Shown piece after piece: positions 54,843 to 63,711 of a DNA stretch of 64,000 nt (position 1 is its first letter; the number at the start of each line of letters is the position of its first letter). Position numbers and translations under genes: made by a program. The stretch is from NCBI GenBank assembly GCA_965219565.1, contig OZ244780.1, forward strand, positions 2,476,256 through 2,540,255, given 5' to 3'. The notes beneath the pieces are model-generated. The model worked only from the letters and a program-made list of their open reading frames with translations, searched no databases and had not been told where the DNA came from. Source of the DNA: Dehalococcoidia bacterium. GTDB lineage: Bacteria > Chloroflexota > Dehalococcoidia > Lucifugimonadales > JAGWBF01.

Positions 54843-56325
54843 TCAAGGCTGGTAGATAAAAGCGTCGGGCCTGAACGAGGCCCACGAAAACCACAGTGCG
54901 CTGGGGTAGTGGGGCAGCGGGTCCAGTCTGGCGCCCCCCAACGGTCCCGACGTAGCAAGTCCCAGTAGGTTCCAGGAACTCCCCGTCTCCTCGTCGACGA
55001 ACACGCCGTCCTTGCCGTCTGGGCTCCGGGAAAAGCTCAACCGGTCTCCGTCGACTATGGGGGAGAAGACACCTACGGACCCCACCTCGCGCCCCAGGGC
55101 GATTACCTGGTTGTCCAGGGCCGAGGCCGTGTGCGGCTCGTAGAACACCACGATAGGCTCGCCTCCGACCGTCGCTTCCACCACTGGCTGCTCCCGTAGG
55201 ACCGAGTAGGGCGCAGCGAAAGCCTCTCCGTTCAATTCTACGCCCCGCCACCCGCGTCATCCTCGACAACGTCACTTCGTTGGAACCCGACGTGATTCCC
55301 AGCTGGTTGTAGGTGTCGTAGCCTGCGTAGGCTGACATGCCATAAGGAATGCTCGTGTCGGGCTTCGAAAGGACTTTGCCGTCAGGGAAACTATCCTTGA
55401 AGTCCGACCAGGACACCATCGCCATAGGCAACTGCTCCAGCTTCACGCCCGCGTACACGCCAACTATGCCCTCTCCGCCGAACTCCTGCCACCAGGACTC
55501 GGTCTGCCGGTCATACATTATCAGGTTGAGGCGGCGCAGCTTGCCTGAAACGCCGAAGTCCAGGACCCCCCCATCCAACGTCCGCCTGTACACGAAGGCG
55601 GTGTTGCAGAGTGGTCAATAAGTGACCACAACAGGCTCTCCTCCCACCAAGTCGTTGACCAGCTCGTGGAACATCATTATCTGGATTGGGTAGGCCCTGT
55701 GGTCTCCGTCGATGCTGACCGTCTGCACCGGCTCCCAGTCGGCCAACCACTGGCTTGCCGATTCCACCGACTCAAACTGGGGTGCGTCGATGGACTCTAT
55801 GCCGTCCTTGGGAGGACCGCCGCCCCGGATTCCAAGAAAATCGACGGTCTTGAACCTGAAGTCCGTCTTCGGCCATTCGGAGGTGTTTATGAGCGCTTCG
55901 GCCAACTCACGGCGAGCGTCCGACCGGCTTATAGCTTGCACTCCTCCCTTGGAATACTCGACGGGTTCGGGCGTGGACGTGGGACGTGGCGAGGCGGTGG
56001 GATTGGGTTGAGGCGTCGGAACGGGTGTGGCTGTTAGCGGAGCCGTGGGACTGGGAGCCGCAGTAGGGCTGGGCGCAGGCATCGGTGTGGCATTGGGCGT
56101 TGGGCTTGGAGCCGGAGAGCCATCAGAACCGTCCCCGCATGCCGCAACAGCGACAACCAACATGACTGCGGCTGTCAACCTCAGGGCCAAAACCGCCGGC
56201 TTGGAATGGGAAATGCGACGACGGGAGAAACGCCTCGGGAGAACTTCGCCCTGATGCCCGGCTTCCAAAGAGGTCCTATATTCCTTCCGTGTAGACGAAT
56301 CGATCCGCTGTAGCAGGTTTGACAA
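54843..56325 (-). CDS. DUF3179 lipoprotein, interrupted as assembled: in-frame TGA at the conserved Cys (candidate Sec) plus an apparent 1-nt frameshift near 55242
   Basis: Lipobox VAVAAC and a Pro/Thr/Ser linker. DGDHRAYPIQIMMFHELVND...VVVTY-TGA-PLCNTAFVY...IMYDRQTESWWQ continues in the same frame (tracked ORF 54826..55593). The C-terminal part (NGEAFAAPYSVL...) is in the frame of ORF 54843..55235. Confidence 0.6.
55582..55601 (-). promoter_or_regulatory. SECIS-like hairpin downstream of the UGA in the DUF3179 gene
   Basis: On the coding strand CCGCCT-TCGTGTAC-AGGCGG, with the stem starting 13 nt after the UGA (55617..55615). Confidence 0.4.
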
Positions 56326-56449
56326 CCTTCAATGCCTAAGTCTACATTACCCTAGCCGTCCTTCTTACGTCAAAGGACACACCCAGCTACAAATGCCAGC
56401 CACAAAACGACCGATCCTTTAACTAAGCTCAGGCATAGGCGCTTTCATC

Positions 56450-56767
56450 GTGAGCCCAAACGCAAGCAACCCACAATGCCCCAACTGCAACCGCAGGGAA
56501 TTGAAGGGCGGGCTGACCTTCGCAATAAAGACCAAGGAAAGCGAAAGCCTGTGCTGCTGGCTGTGCGCCTTCAAGAATCCGGCGATGCTCCGACGCTCCT
56601 TCTACACAGCCATCGTCGTGGGCGCGGGGCTTACCCTCCTGAACCAGGGCGACGCAATCTTTTCCGGCGCATGGCCGGGCGCCCTTTACTGGAAGGTCCC
56701 TCTCACCTTCGGAGTCCCCTTTTGCGTTGCAACCTGGGGAGCGCTCTCCAACGCACGGCGTCAGTAG
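56450..56767 (+). CDS. NrtS-like small membrane protein with N-terminal zinc-ribbon-like extension
   Basis: C-terminal RRSFYTAIVVGAGLTLLNQGDAIFSG...VPFCVATWGALS resembles the nitrate/nitrite transporter NrtS family. N-terminal CPNC...CCWLC. GTG start. Confidence 0.55.
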   Translation: MSPNASNPQCPNCNRRELKGGLTFAIKTKESESLCCWLCAFKNPAMLRRSFYTAIVVGAGLTLLNQGDAIFSGAWPGALYWKVPLTFGVPFCVATWGALSNARRQ

Positions 56768-56875
56768 ATCTGCGCCCCAAAAAACTTGCTTTATTCCGAT
56801 TCATTTCTTCTTGCATCGGCTTTTGAGCAGGTGTAACATAAACCACCGAATCTTATGTAAGGAGGAGTGGCCGCG

Positions 56876-57487
56876 ATGGCACAAGAGCAGCCGGCGCCCG
56901 TCGTTTTCGACGTTGAGTATCCGGAGTCGTTGTCGCGGCTCCACCTGCTCCTTAAGACCTTCCTCGGCTGGATTTACGCCGGGATTCCCCACGGAATCAT
57001 CCTGTACGTCTACGGCATAATCGTTTCCCTTGTGAGTCTCGTGGCCTTTGTCGTTATATTGATCAAAGGAAACTATCCGCGGAGCCTATTCGACATTGTC
57101 GTCGGCTACTACAGGTGGGAGGCCAGGCTCAACGCATATATGGGGTTTATGACGGACAAATATCCGCCATTCTCTCCCGACGAAGTTCCCGATAACCCCG
57201 TGCGGCTGCATGTGGAATACCCCGAGCGGCTTTCCAAGGGCCACGCCCTGCTTAAGTTCTTCTTAGGATGGATCTATGCAGGGATTCCCCACGGACTGAT
57301 CCTGCTCCTCTACGCCCTCTTGTTGTCGTTGCTTGGAATCGTAGTTTGGTTTGCAATACTTTTCACTGGCCGATACCCAAGAGGGCTATTCAATCTGGCC
57401 GTGGGGTACAACAGATGGAGCACTCGGGTGAACGCATATTTGGGTCTAATGCGGGACGAGTACCCTCCCTTCAGCACCCGCCCCTAG
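56876..57487 (+). CDS. DUF4389 membrane protein (two tandem domains)
   Basis: Two copies of EYPE.LS..H.LLK.FLGWIYAGIPHG...G.YPR.LF...VGY.RW..R.NAY.G.M.D.YPPFS. The ATG at 56876 has GGAGGA 9 nt upstream. Confidence 0.75.
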   Translation: MAQEQPAPVVFDVEYPESLSRLHLLLKTFLGWIYAGIPHGIILYVYGIIVSLVSLVAFVVILIKGNYPRSLFDIVVGYYRWEARLNAYMGFMTDKYPPFSPDEVPDNPVRLHVEYPERLSKGHALLKFFLGWIYAGIPHGLILLLYALLLSLLGIVVWFAILFTGRYPRGLFNLAVGYNRWSTRVNAYLGLMRDEYPPFSTRP

Positions 57488-57563
57488 TCCTCTGACTTCA
57501 AGCGACACGTCAACGAGGGGCTCTCTTCTGCGAGAGAGCTCCTCTTCCATTTCGAAAACTGCT

Positions 57564-57684
57564 CCTTCTCCACTGGCGGGAGAAGGTTGGGATGAGGGGG
57601 AACCAACGAAGCATGCAAAGGTGAGGTCTAACGAAAGTCACCTGTATCACCCTCACCCCAGCCCTCTCCCGTCAAGGGAGAGGG
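57564..57684. repeat. composite hairpin repeat, copy E (type-2 forward, type-1 inverted, the reverse orientation of copies A and B)
   Basis: CCTTCTCC-ACTGGCG-GGAGAAGG + TTGGGATGAGGGGG (57564-57600). CACCCTCACCCCA + GCCCTCTCCC-GTCAA-GGGAGAGGG (57648-57684). Confidence 0.8.
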
Positions 57685-57717
57685 GGTATCGACTCCGCCG
57701 TGGGGGCGCCCCCGGGG

Positions 57718-58242
57718 TCAGCCGCCCGGCAGGTCAATGCCGTGTCCGGCGGCCTTGTGGACTTGGGCGTTGTGGATGTAGTTTTCAGTGACGTTTTCCA
57801 GCCGGAGTCTGTTGGCCTCGGATAGAGCACGCACCTGGCCCGGCACGCCCACCACCAGTGAGTTGTCGGGTATGACGGCTTTGTCCCGCACTATGGCTCC
57901 GGCCCCTATTAGCACGAAGTTGCCTACTTCCGCGTCCTCCAAGAGGGCCGCGTTGATTCCGATTAGCACGTTGTTACCCACCTTGTGGCAGTGAAGAACT
58001 GCGCCGTGGGTCACCAGCACGTTGTCGCCGATGTCGAGGTAGTCGTCAGCGTGGACGACACATGTGTCCTGAATGACCGAATTGCGGCCTATTGTGATGC
58101 GCCCGAAGTCGCCCCGTATAACCGCTCCCGGCCATACACTGGACCCCTCTCCTATTTCTACGTCCCCCACGATGTACGCGGCGTCGCTTATGAAGACTGA
58201 AGGGTGGATTTTAGGAGCCTTGCCGTTCAGGCTGCGAATCAT
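57718..58242 (-). CDS. gamma-carbonic-anhydrase-like left-handed beta-helix protein
   Basis: 174 aa. KIHPSVFISDAAYIVGDVEIGEGSSVWPGAVIRGD and hexapeptide repeats throughout. Confidence 0.8.
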   Translation of the reverse strand: MIRSLNGKAPKIHPSVFISDAAYIVGDVEIGEGSSVWPGAVIRGDFGRITIGRNSVIQDTCVVHADDYLDIGDNVLVTHGAVLHCHKVGNNVLIGINAALLEDAEVGNFVLIGAGAIVRDKAVIPDNSLVVGVPGQVRALSEANRLRLENVTENYIHNAQVHKAAGHGIDLPGG

Positions 58243-58367
58243 GATGCCTCCTGGCTAAGCGGTTGGTCGGCATATTCTAACATCAGCCGGATTCAAACGG
58301 TCCGCTCCCAGCCATCGTACCTTAGCCTAACGTGGGGCGCCCAGTGTTATACTCCCCGTCAGCGCTC

Positions 58368-59267
58368 ATGTGGATACTCTTCGCCATACTCTTCCCAACC
58401 TTTACCGGCGCCGCCAACATCCTGGACAAGGCAATCGTTGACCGCTGCCGCAGCGTTCCTCAATACTCTTACTGGATAGGAATATTCGAGCTGGCGCTGG
58501 GCCTTATCACGTTTGGAATCGTGACAGGCCTGGACGGAGTCGAGGCCCGGACTGTCGGTTTGGCCTTGGGCACCGGAGTCCTGGCAGCCTGCAGCTTGAT
58601 ACTCTTTCTGAGCGCCCTCAGGACAGGTCAAGTGGCGCGGGTCGTGCCCATATGGCACCTCTATCCCTTGATAGTTGCGCCTCTGGCTGCGGGGTTCTTG
58701 GGTGAGAAGTTGTCCTGGCTCGCTGTCGGGGCCATATTCCTATCGGTCATCGGCGCGGCGCTCGTGTCATGGGAGAAGACGCGGGGCGGAAGGCTAACAG
58801 GAGACGTCAGGGTGATTCTGCTAAGCCTGGGAGCCGCGGCGCTTCTGGCGTTCTCATTCGTCCTGGCCAAGGTGGCCCTGGACGGCGGCGACTTTTGGCA
58901 ATTCTTCGGCTCATATCGGGTCGGGTTCGCCCCCATCATGTTTGCCCTGGCCTTCTCGTCGGCGGAAGCCAGAGCGGGCGCTCCGGGGCTCCTCCACGAC
59001 CGGCCTTTCATGGCGATGCTGTTCGGGGTTGAGGTACTGATTACGGTGGCTCTGCTCACCCGGTTTGCGGCAATTAATTTAGGGGACGTGGCTCTGGTAG
59101 CCGCGGTAGGGGCTATCCAACCCCTGTTGGTTTTCCTCTCCTCTCTGGGGCTGGCCTCCTGGCGTCCGGCGGCCTTTGGCCACTGGATCACCAGGGGAAC
59201 ACTCGGGCCACAGGCTTTGGGGATTGCCTCAATAACGGCAGCGGTAGTGATTATTTCGTTGCAGTAG
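58368..59267 (+). CDS. EamA/DMT family transporter
   Basis: About 10 hydrophobic helices in two similar halves. Start ATG 58368 (MWILFAILF). The tracked start 58332 is a GTG. Confidence 0.65.
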   Translation: MWILFAILFPTFTGAANILDKAIVDRCRSVPQYSYWIGIFELALGLITFGIVTGLDGVEARTVGLALGTGVLAACSLILFLSALRTGQVARVVPIWHLYPLIVAPLAAGFLGEKLSWLAVGAIFLSVIGAALVSWEKTRGGRLTGDVRVILLSLGAAALLAFSFVLAKVALDGGDFWQFFGSYRVGFAPIMFALAFSSAEARAGAPGLLHDRPFMAMLFGVEVLITVALLTRFAAINLGDVALVAAVGAIQPLLVFLSSLGLASWRPAAFGHWITRGTLGPQALGIASITAAVVIISLQ

Positions 59268-59278
59268 CGGGAAATGTA

Positions 59279-59301
59279 GGGGCAGGTCTTGTACCTGCCC
59301 T
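59279..59301. terminator. GC-rich hairpin between convergent genes
   Basis: GGGCAGGT-CTTGT-ACCTGCCC (8-bp perfect stem), 12 nt after the transporter stop. No U-tract follows. Confidence 0.35.
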
Positions 59302-59367
59302 ATACCCACTAATAGGAACAGGACACCAATAAGGCAACGCCGGTTTCATAATCTCCTCGTGCGGATT

Positions 59368-59425
59368 CTTGCCGTGGGGAAGGGCGCCCACAAGGGGACG
59401 CCCCTACAAGGGTGGAGACGGCAAG
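59368..59425. repeat. 58-nt composite stem-loop just 3-prime of rpsI
   Basis: Outer arms CTTGCCGT (59368-75) and ACGGCAAG (59418-25) enclose an inner hairpin GGGCGCCC-ACAAG-GGGACGCCC and a duplicated ACAAGGG motif. Confidence 0.4.
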
Positions 59426-59429
59426 ACGA

Positions 59430-59858
59430 CTAACGCTTGGTGTACTGAGGCGCGCGCCTGGCCCTCTTGAGCCCGTACTTCTTGCTCTCCTTGATGCGCG
59501 AGTCCCGGGTTAGGAACCCGTGCTGTCGGAGAACGGGCTTAAACGACTCATCATAGAGGGCGAGGGCCCGCGAAATGCCGTGGCGGACTGCGTGGCTCCA
59601 GGCGGATATGCCTCCGCCTTGGACAGAGGCGACTATGGTGAAACGGTCCAGGGAGTCAGTGACCTTCAGAGGCTCTTTGACAGCCTCCTGCCAGGGGAAC
59701 CAGGAGAAGACTTCCTCCAACGGACGCCCGTTGACCCTGATGTGGCCGGGGGCGCCTATGTCCGAGGAACCAGCCGCCAGGTACAAGCGCACCTTGGCTA
59801 TGGCCAGCTTCCGTTTTCCCGTTCCGTAGTAGTACTGTTGTGTAGACTCCTGGACCAA
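59430..59858 (-). CDS. rpsI: 30S ribosomal protein S9
   Basis: 142 aa. YYGTGKRK, C-terminal KKYGLKRARRAPQYTKR. Confidence 0.95.
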   Translation of the reverse strand: MVQESTQQYYYGTGKRKLAIAKVRLYLAAGSSDIGAPGHIRVNGRPLEEVFSWFPWQEAVKEPLKVTDSLDRFTIVASVQGGGISAWSHAVRHGISRALALYDESFKPVLRQHGFLTRDSRIKESKKYGLKRARRAPQYTKR

Positions 59859-59882
59859 GTTTATCTCCTTAATGACCTACTC

Positions 59883-60329
59883 TTATTCGACTCCCGCCGC
59901 CGCCGGGGCCCCCAGCTGCGCCTGGTGGGGATGGCTGTCCCCACGGTAGACCTTGAGCCGCTTGAACATGTCCCTGCCCCTTTTGGTACGGGGCAGCATT
60001 CCCTTGACCGCCATTTCTAGAACCCGCTCCGGGTTCTTCTCCATGACGTCTTTCATTACGAAGGTCTTGAGGTTCCCCACGTACCCGCTGTGGCGGTAGT
60101 AGAGCTTCTGGTTCAGCTTCCGCCCGGTGATCCTCACTTTTTCAGCATTCACCACGACGACGAAGTCGCCTGTAAGCACGTTAGGCGTATAGATCGGCTT
60201 GTCCTTGCCTTGAAGAGCCCTGGATATCCGAGTGGCCAGCCTGCCCAGAGTCTGCCCGGAGGCGTCTACCAGGCGCCATTGGGGAGTGACTTCCGACTGC
60301 TTCGCGTGATATGTCTTATCTCGTTTCAT
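59883..60329 (-). CDS. rplM: 50S ribosomal protein L13
   Basis: 148 aa. [37 protein letters not shown]. Confidence 0.95.
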   Translation of the reverse strand: MKRDKTYHAKQSEVTPQWRLVDASGQTLGRLATRISRALQGKDKPIYTPNVLTGDFVVVVNAEKVRITGRKLNQKLYYRHSGYVGNLKTFVMKDVMEKNPERVLEMAVKGMLPRTKRGRDMFKRLKVYRGDSHPHQAQLGAPAAAGVE

Positions 60330-61149
60330 TCTCGTCCAACCCAGCCTTGAGCGTATCCGACGAAAATCCAGGATAGTTCACCTTTATCAAGCACAGCCCC
60401 CTGGCCGGAAGCGAGGGGCAACTATCCATTTTTTGAACGGACCGGTCAATTATATTTCGAATTGCGTCTACGGGCAACTTGCCCAGGCCCACTCTGACCA
60501 GCAGAGCGTTAGTCCTCCTGATCTGGTGAGGCAGGAAGCTGTCGCCTTCCGCCTCCATGATTACCCTTTCGTCCTCCCTCCACACATCCCACCGCCTGAC
60601 CGTGCGCACCGGGTTGCGGCCCGGCGACAGTGAGGAAGCGATGGCGGAGAAGTCGTGAGCGCCAAGCAATGATTCGGAGGCTTCCCGCATTGCCGTCAGG
60701 TCCAGCCCATCCCTGACCCAGTAGGAGAAGTTCCTCCACAGCGCCGTCGGGTGTCTATGGTTCCAGACGGTGTACCTGTAGACCCGGCTGACCGCCGAGA
60801 ATCTGGCGCTGAAGTCCCGGGACATCTCCACAGCTCCCCGAACCCTGATGTCAGGCGGCAGGAAGGAGTTGAGCGCTCGGCAGAATATATCGGTTGGATA
60901 AGGAGCTTGAGTCAGGAAGTCCGCCACCTGACCGGCGGCGTGGGCCCCTGAGTCGGTGCGGGACGCCCCACGGATGCGAATGACTTCTCCGGTGAAGCTC
61001 TTTAGGGCATCCTCCACTGTGCCTTGGACTGAAGGAGCATTGGCCTGAAACTGGAACCCATTGTACGCGGTCCCTTCATATTCCAGGACCAGTGCAATTC
61101 GCCGCTCTTCTGCTTGCTCACGGTCCTGAGCGTCGTCTGCCCCGGCCAT
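60316..61149 (-). CDS. truA: tRNA pseudouridine(38-40) synthase TruA
   Basis: 277 aa. [12 protein letters not shown], catalytic [18 protein letters not shown]. Confidence 0.9.
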   Translation of the reverse strand: MAGADDAQDREQAEERRIALVLEYEGTAYNGFQFQANAPSVQGTVEDALKSFTGEVIRIRGASRTDSGAHAAGQVADFLTQAPYPTDIFCRALNSFLPPDIRVRGAVEMSRDFSARFSAVSRVYRYTVWNHRHPTALWRNFSYWVRDGLDLTAMREASESLLGAHDFSAIASSLSPGRNPVRTVRRWDVWREDERVIMEAEGDSFLPHQIRRTNALLVRVGLGKLPVDAIRNIIDRSVQKMDSCPSLPARGLCLIKVNYPGFSSDTLKAGLDENETR

Positions 61150-61165
61150 CTTGTGGCCTCGGCGC

Positions 61166-61519
61166 TTAGACCAACTCGATGAGGGACATGGGCGCTGCGT
61201 CGCCCTTGCGAGATCCCAGCTTTATTATTCTAGTGTATCCCCCTGCACGGCTGGCATATCGCGGCGCCAACTCGTCGAAGACCTTGGAAATCACCTCCTC
61301 GTTTGGGACGCGTGACAGGGCCAGCCTCCTGTGGTGGAGACCTCCCTTCTTGCCGTGAGTAATAAGCCGTTCGACCTCTCTACGGGCCTCCACAGCTTTG
61401 GGGTGGGTGGTAACCACCTTTTCATGCCGGACAATATCGGACGCCAGATTGCGCAGCAACGCTATCCTTTGGTCTTTAGGTCTGCCGAGCTTCTTTCCTT
61501 TAATGCGATGGGCCACCAT
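61166..61519 (-). CDS. rplQ: 50S ribosomal protein L17
   Basis: 117 aa from the internal Met (MVAHRIKGKKLGRPKDQRIALLRNL...TTHPKAVEARREVERLIT). The tracked ORF extension overlaps rpoA. Confidence 0.9.
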   Translation of the reverse strand: MVAHRIKGKKLGRPKDQRIALLRNLASDIVRHEKVVTTHPKAVEARREVERLITHGKKGGLHHRRLALSRVPNEEVISKVFDELAPRYASRAGGYTRIIKLGSRKGDAAPMSLIELV

Positions 61520-61523
61520 GAGC

Positions 61524-62681
61524 CTAGCACTCCTCGTCGTATTCCGACTCTTCGCCCTTATCGTCATCACCGAGGTCTTCGTCATTACCCTGAGGGAATT
61601 CGTACTCCACAGTGGAAGGCTCTGACGGCCCGGCTTCTTCCATCGCCAGGGCTGCGGCGTCATCCAGACTCGCAAGAGTGGTTTCACCGTCTGTTGAGCG
61701 TTCGTTTTCCCCGATAACTCCCTCTCGCCTCAGCCGGTCCATGAGCTCTTCCAGGGACTTTTCCCCGAAGTTTCGTATCTTCAAGAGCTCTTCGTTGGTC
61801 ATCTCCAACACCTGACCAACCTTGGTGATGTGGGCCCGCTTGAGGCAATTTAGAGTCCTGGACGACAGTTCCAGTTTCTCAATGGGAGTCTGGTACACCT
61901 CAGGGGACACCATCAACGAGGTGCGTTCCGTCCCCGCCTTCACTTCCGAGCCCAGGTTGTTGAACAGGAAGAAGTGGCTTACCAGCACCTCGGATGAGGC
62001 CTTCACTGCTTCCACCGGAGTGATGGCGCCGTCGGTCCATACTTCCAACACGAGCCTCTCGTAGTCGGTGAAGTACCCGACACGGGTCCTCTCCACGTTG
62101 TAGTTGACCTTCCTGACAGGGTTGAAAATAGCGTCCACCGGAAGGGCGCCCATCAGAGAGCCTGCAGAACCGTCGCCCTGGGTGGGAACGGGCTGGTAGC
62201 CCTTGCCGTTGTCCACGTTAAACTCCACCGACAAGGTGGCGTCGTCGGAGTCCAGGGTCGCCAGGTGGTGCTCAGGGTTCACGATCTCGAAGTCTGCGGA
62301 TGTGGCCACGTCGCCGGCGCATACACGACCTTCTCCCTTGATTTCGAGACGCATCTTGCCCGGGCGGCCCGTCACCGAACGGATTCGAATCCCCTTCACG
62401 TTCAGAAGAAAGTCCATGACCTCTTCCTTCATGTGGGGGATGGAGGAGTACTCATGAAGCACTCCGTCTATCTTCACCCATGTAATGGCCGCTCCTTCAA
62501 CGGAGCCGAGGAGCATCCTGCGCATGGGGTTTCCAAGGGTTATTCCATACCCTCTTTCGAGAGGTTCTATCGCGAACTTGCCGTAGGTGTCCGTCAGCTC
62601 CAGCATCTTGATCTCCGGAACGATTGGTTCCGGTGTGCGCTGGGCCGCGGTTCGCGTCAGGATTGCGGTTTCCAATACCAT
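61524..62681 (-). CDS. rpoA: DNA-directed RNA polymerase alpha subunit (with acidic C-terminal tail)
   Basis: 385 aa. IEPLERGYGITLGNPMRRMLL, C-terminal-domain LELSSRTLNCLKRAHITKVGQV, then a roughly 60-aa Asp/Glu-rich tail. Confidence 0.95.
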   Translation of the reverse strand: MVLETAILTRTAAQRTPEPIVPEIKMLELTDTYGKFAIEPLERGYGITLGNPMRRMLLGSVEGAAITWVKIDGVLHEYSSIPHMKEEVMDFLLNVKGIRIRSVTGRPGKMRLEIKGEGRVCAGDVATSADFEIVNPEHHLATLDSDDATLSVEFNVDNGKGYQPVPTQGDGSAGSLMGALPVDAIFNPVRKVNYNVERTRVGYFTDYERLVLEVWTDGAITPVEAVKASSEVLVSHFFLFNNLGSEVKAGTERTSLMVSPEVYQTPIEKLELSSRTLNCLKRAHITKVGQVLEMTNEELLKIRNFGEKSLEELMDRLRREGVIGENERSTDGETTLASLDDAAALAMEEAGPSEPSTVEYEFPQGNDEDLGDDDKGEESEYDEEC

Positions 62682-62685
62682 TGCT

Positions 62686-63312
62686 TTACCTCGAGTAGAA
62701 CTCCACTATGAGACGGGTGTCTATCGCGGACTCCAGATCTTCCTCCGTGGGCAGGTTGTTCACGGTGCCTGCCATGTTTTCCAGGTCAAGGTGAATCCAC
62801 TGCGGTATAGGCCTCTTGGGAATGTCCTGAGTCAACGCCGTATAGAAGTCCTTGGACTTTCGGGACTCCTGCCATGATATGACATCTCCGGCCTTTACCA
62901 TAAAGGAAGGGATGGTCGTCTTTTTGCCGTTTACGTTGAAGTGTCCGTGCAGGACAAGCTGCCTCGCCTGGTTCCTAGAGTCTGCGAACCCCAGCCTGAA
63001 TATGACGTTGTCCATTCGCCGCTCGAGAATCTCCATCAGGTATTGGCCGGTGGCGCCCGGCTTCTTGAAGGCCTCGTCCATATAGCGGCGGAACTGCTTC
63101 TCCATGACGCCGTAGATTTGCCTGGCCTTCTGCTTTTCCCTGAGCTGGATGCCATGGTCCGAGGTGCGCCGTCTGCGAGGAGATTGGTTTCCTGGTGGAG
63201 TTCGTCGCCGTTCGATGGCGCAGCGCGGCGTGTAGCAACGCTCTCCCTTGAGCATGAGCTTTTCCCCCGCCCTGCGGCACAGCCTGCAAACCGGTCCGGT
63301 ATATCGCGCCAT
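62686..63312 (-). CDS. rpsD: 30S ribosomal protein S4
   Basis: MARYTGPVCRLCRRAGEKLMLKGERC... Start at the internal Met 63312. Confidence 0.95.
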   Translation of the reverse strand: MARYTGPVCRLCRRAGEKLMLKGERCYTPRCAIERRRTPPGNQSPRRRRTSDHGIQLREKQKARQIYGVMEKQFRRYMDEAFKKPGATGQYLMEILERRMDNVIFRLGFADSRNQARQLVLHGHFNVNGKKTTIPSFMVKAGDVISWQESRKSKDFYTALTQDIPKRPIPQWIHLDLENMAGTVNNLPTEEDLESAIDTRLIVEFYSR

Positions 63313-63317
63313 ACTAT

Positions 63318-63701
63318 CTACACCCTTCTTCTCTTGGGAGGCCTGCACCCATTGTGGGGTATGGGAGTAACGTCCCGAATGCTGTTTATCATTAGCCCGG
63401 CGGCCTGTAGGGACCGAATGGCAGCCTCTCTGCCAGCTCCGGGACCCTTGATGAATACATCGATAAAGCGCATACCGTGGTCCATGCCCCTACGAGCGGC
63501 CTGTTCCGCCGCCCTTTGGGCTGCAAAAGCCGTGCCCTTTCTCGACCCCTTGAATCCGGACGTTCCAGTGCTGGACGAGACAATTACCGCGCCCTGCGGG
63601 TCGGTCAGAGTAACCAAAGTGTTGTTGAAAGTCGAGTGGATATATGCCTTGCCCCGGGGAACCGACTTTCTTTCTCTTCTGCGTGTTCGCGGTCTGGCCA
63701 T
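63318..63701 (-). CDS. rpsK: 30S ribosomal protein S11
   Basis: 127 aa. [36 protein letters not shown]. Confidence 0.95.
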   Translation of the reverse strand: MARPRTRRRERKSVPRGKAYIHSTFNNTLVTLTDPQGAVIVSSSTGTSGFKGSRKGTAFAAQRAAEQAARRGMDHGMRFIDVFIKGPGAGREAAIRSLQAAGLMINSIRDVTPIPHNGCRPPKRRRV

Positions 63702-63711
63702 GAGGCCTCCT

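Noticed and set aside
53567-54958. 463-aa ORF on the minus strand, the longest unexplained ORF in the track
   Set aside because: It is antisense to a clear zinc alcohol dehydrogenase gene (GICGSDLH, GHEGTGVV). Its sequence is Arg/Gly/Pro/His-rich with no motifs, which is the usual high-GC antisense artefact. The same applies to 48773..49984, 48210..49289, 51175..52062, 52636..53556, 938..1753, 22541..23329 and 41672..42238.
26544-57684. Whether the recurring hairpin units form a CRISPR array
   Set aside because: The copies are tens of kilobases apart and occur in both orientations. They are internally palindromic with G-rich tails and have no regularly spaced unique spacers. No cas genes are present.
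62385-62398. tRNA T-arm-like string GGATTCGAATCCCC
   Set aside because: It lies inside the rpoA coding sequence, with no acceptor or anticodon arms around it. I found no tRNA or rRNA gene in the window.
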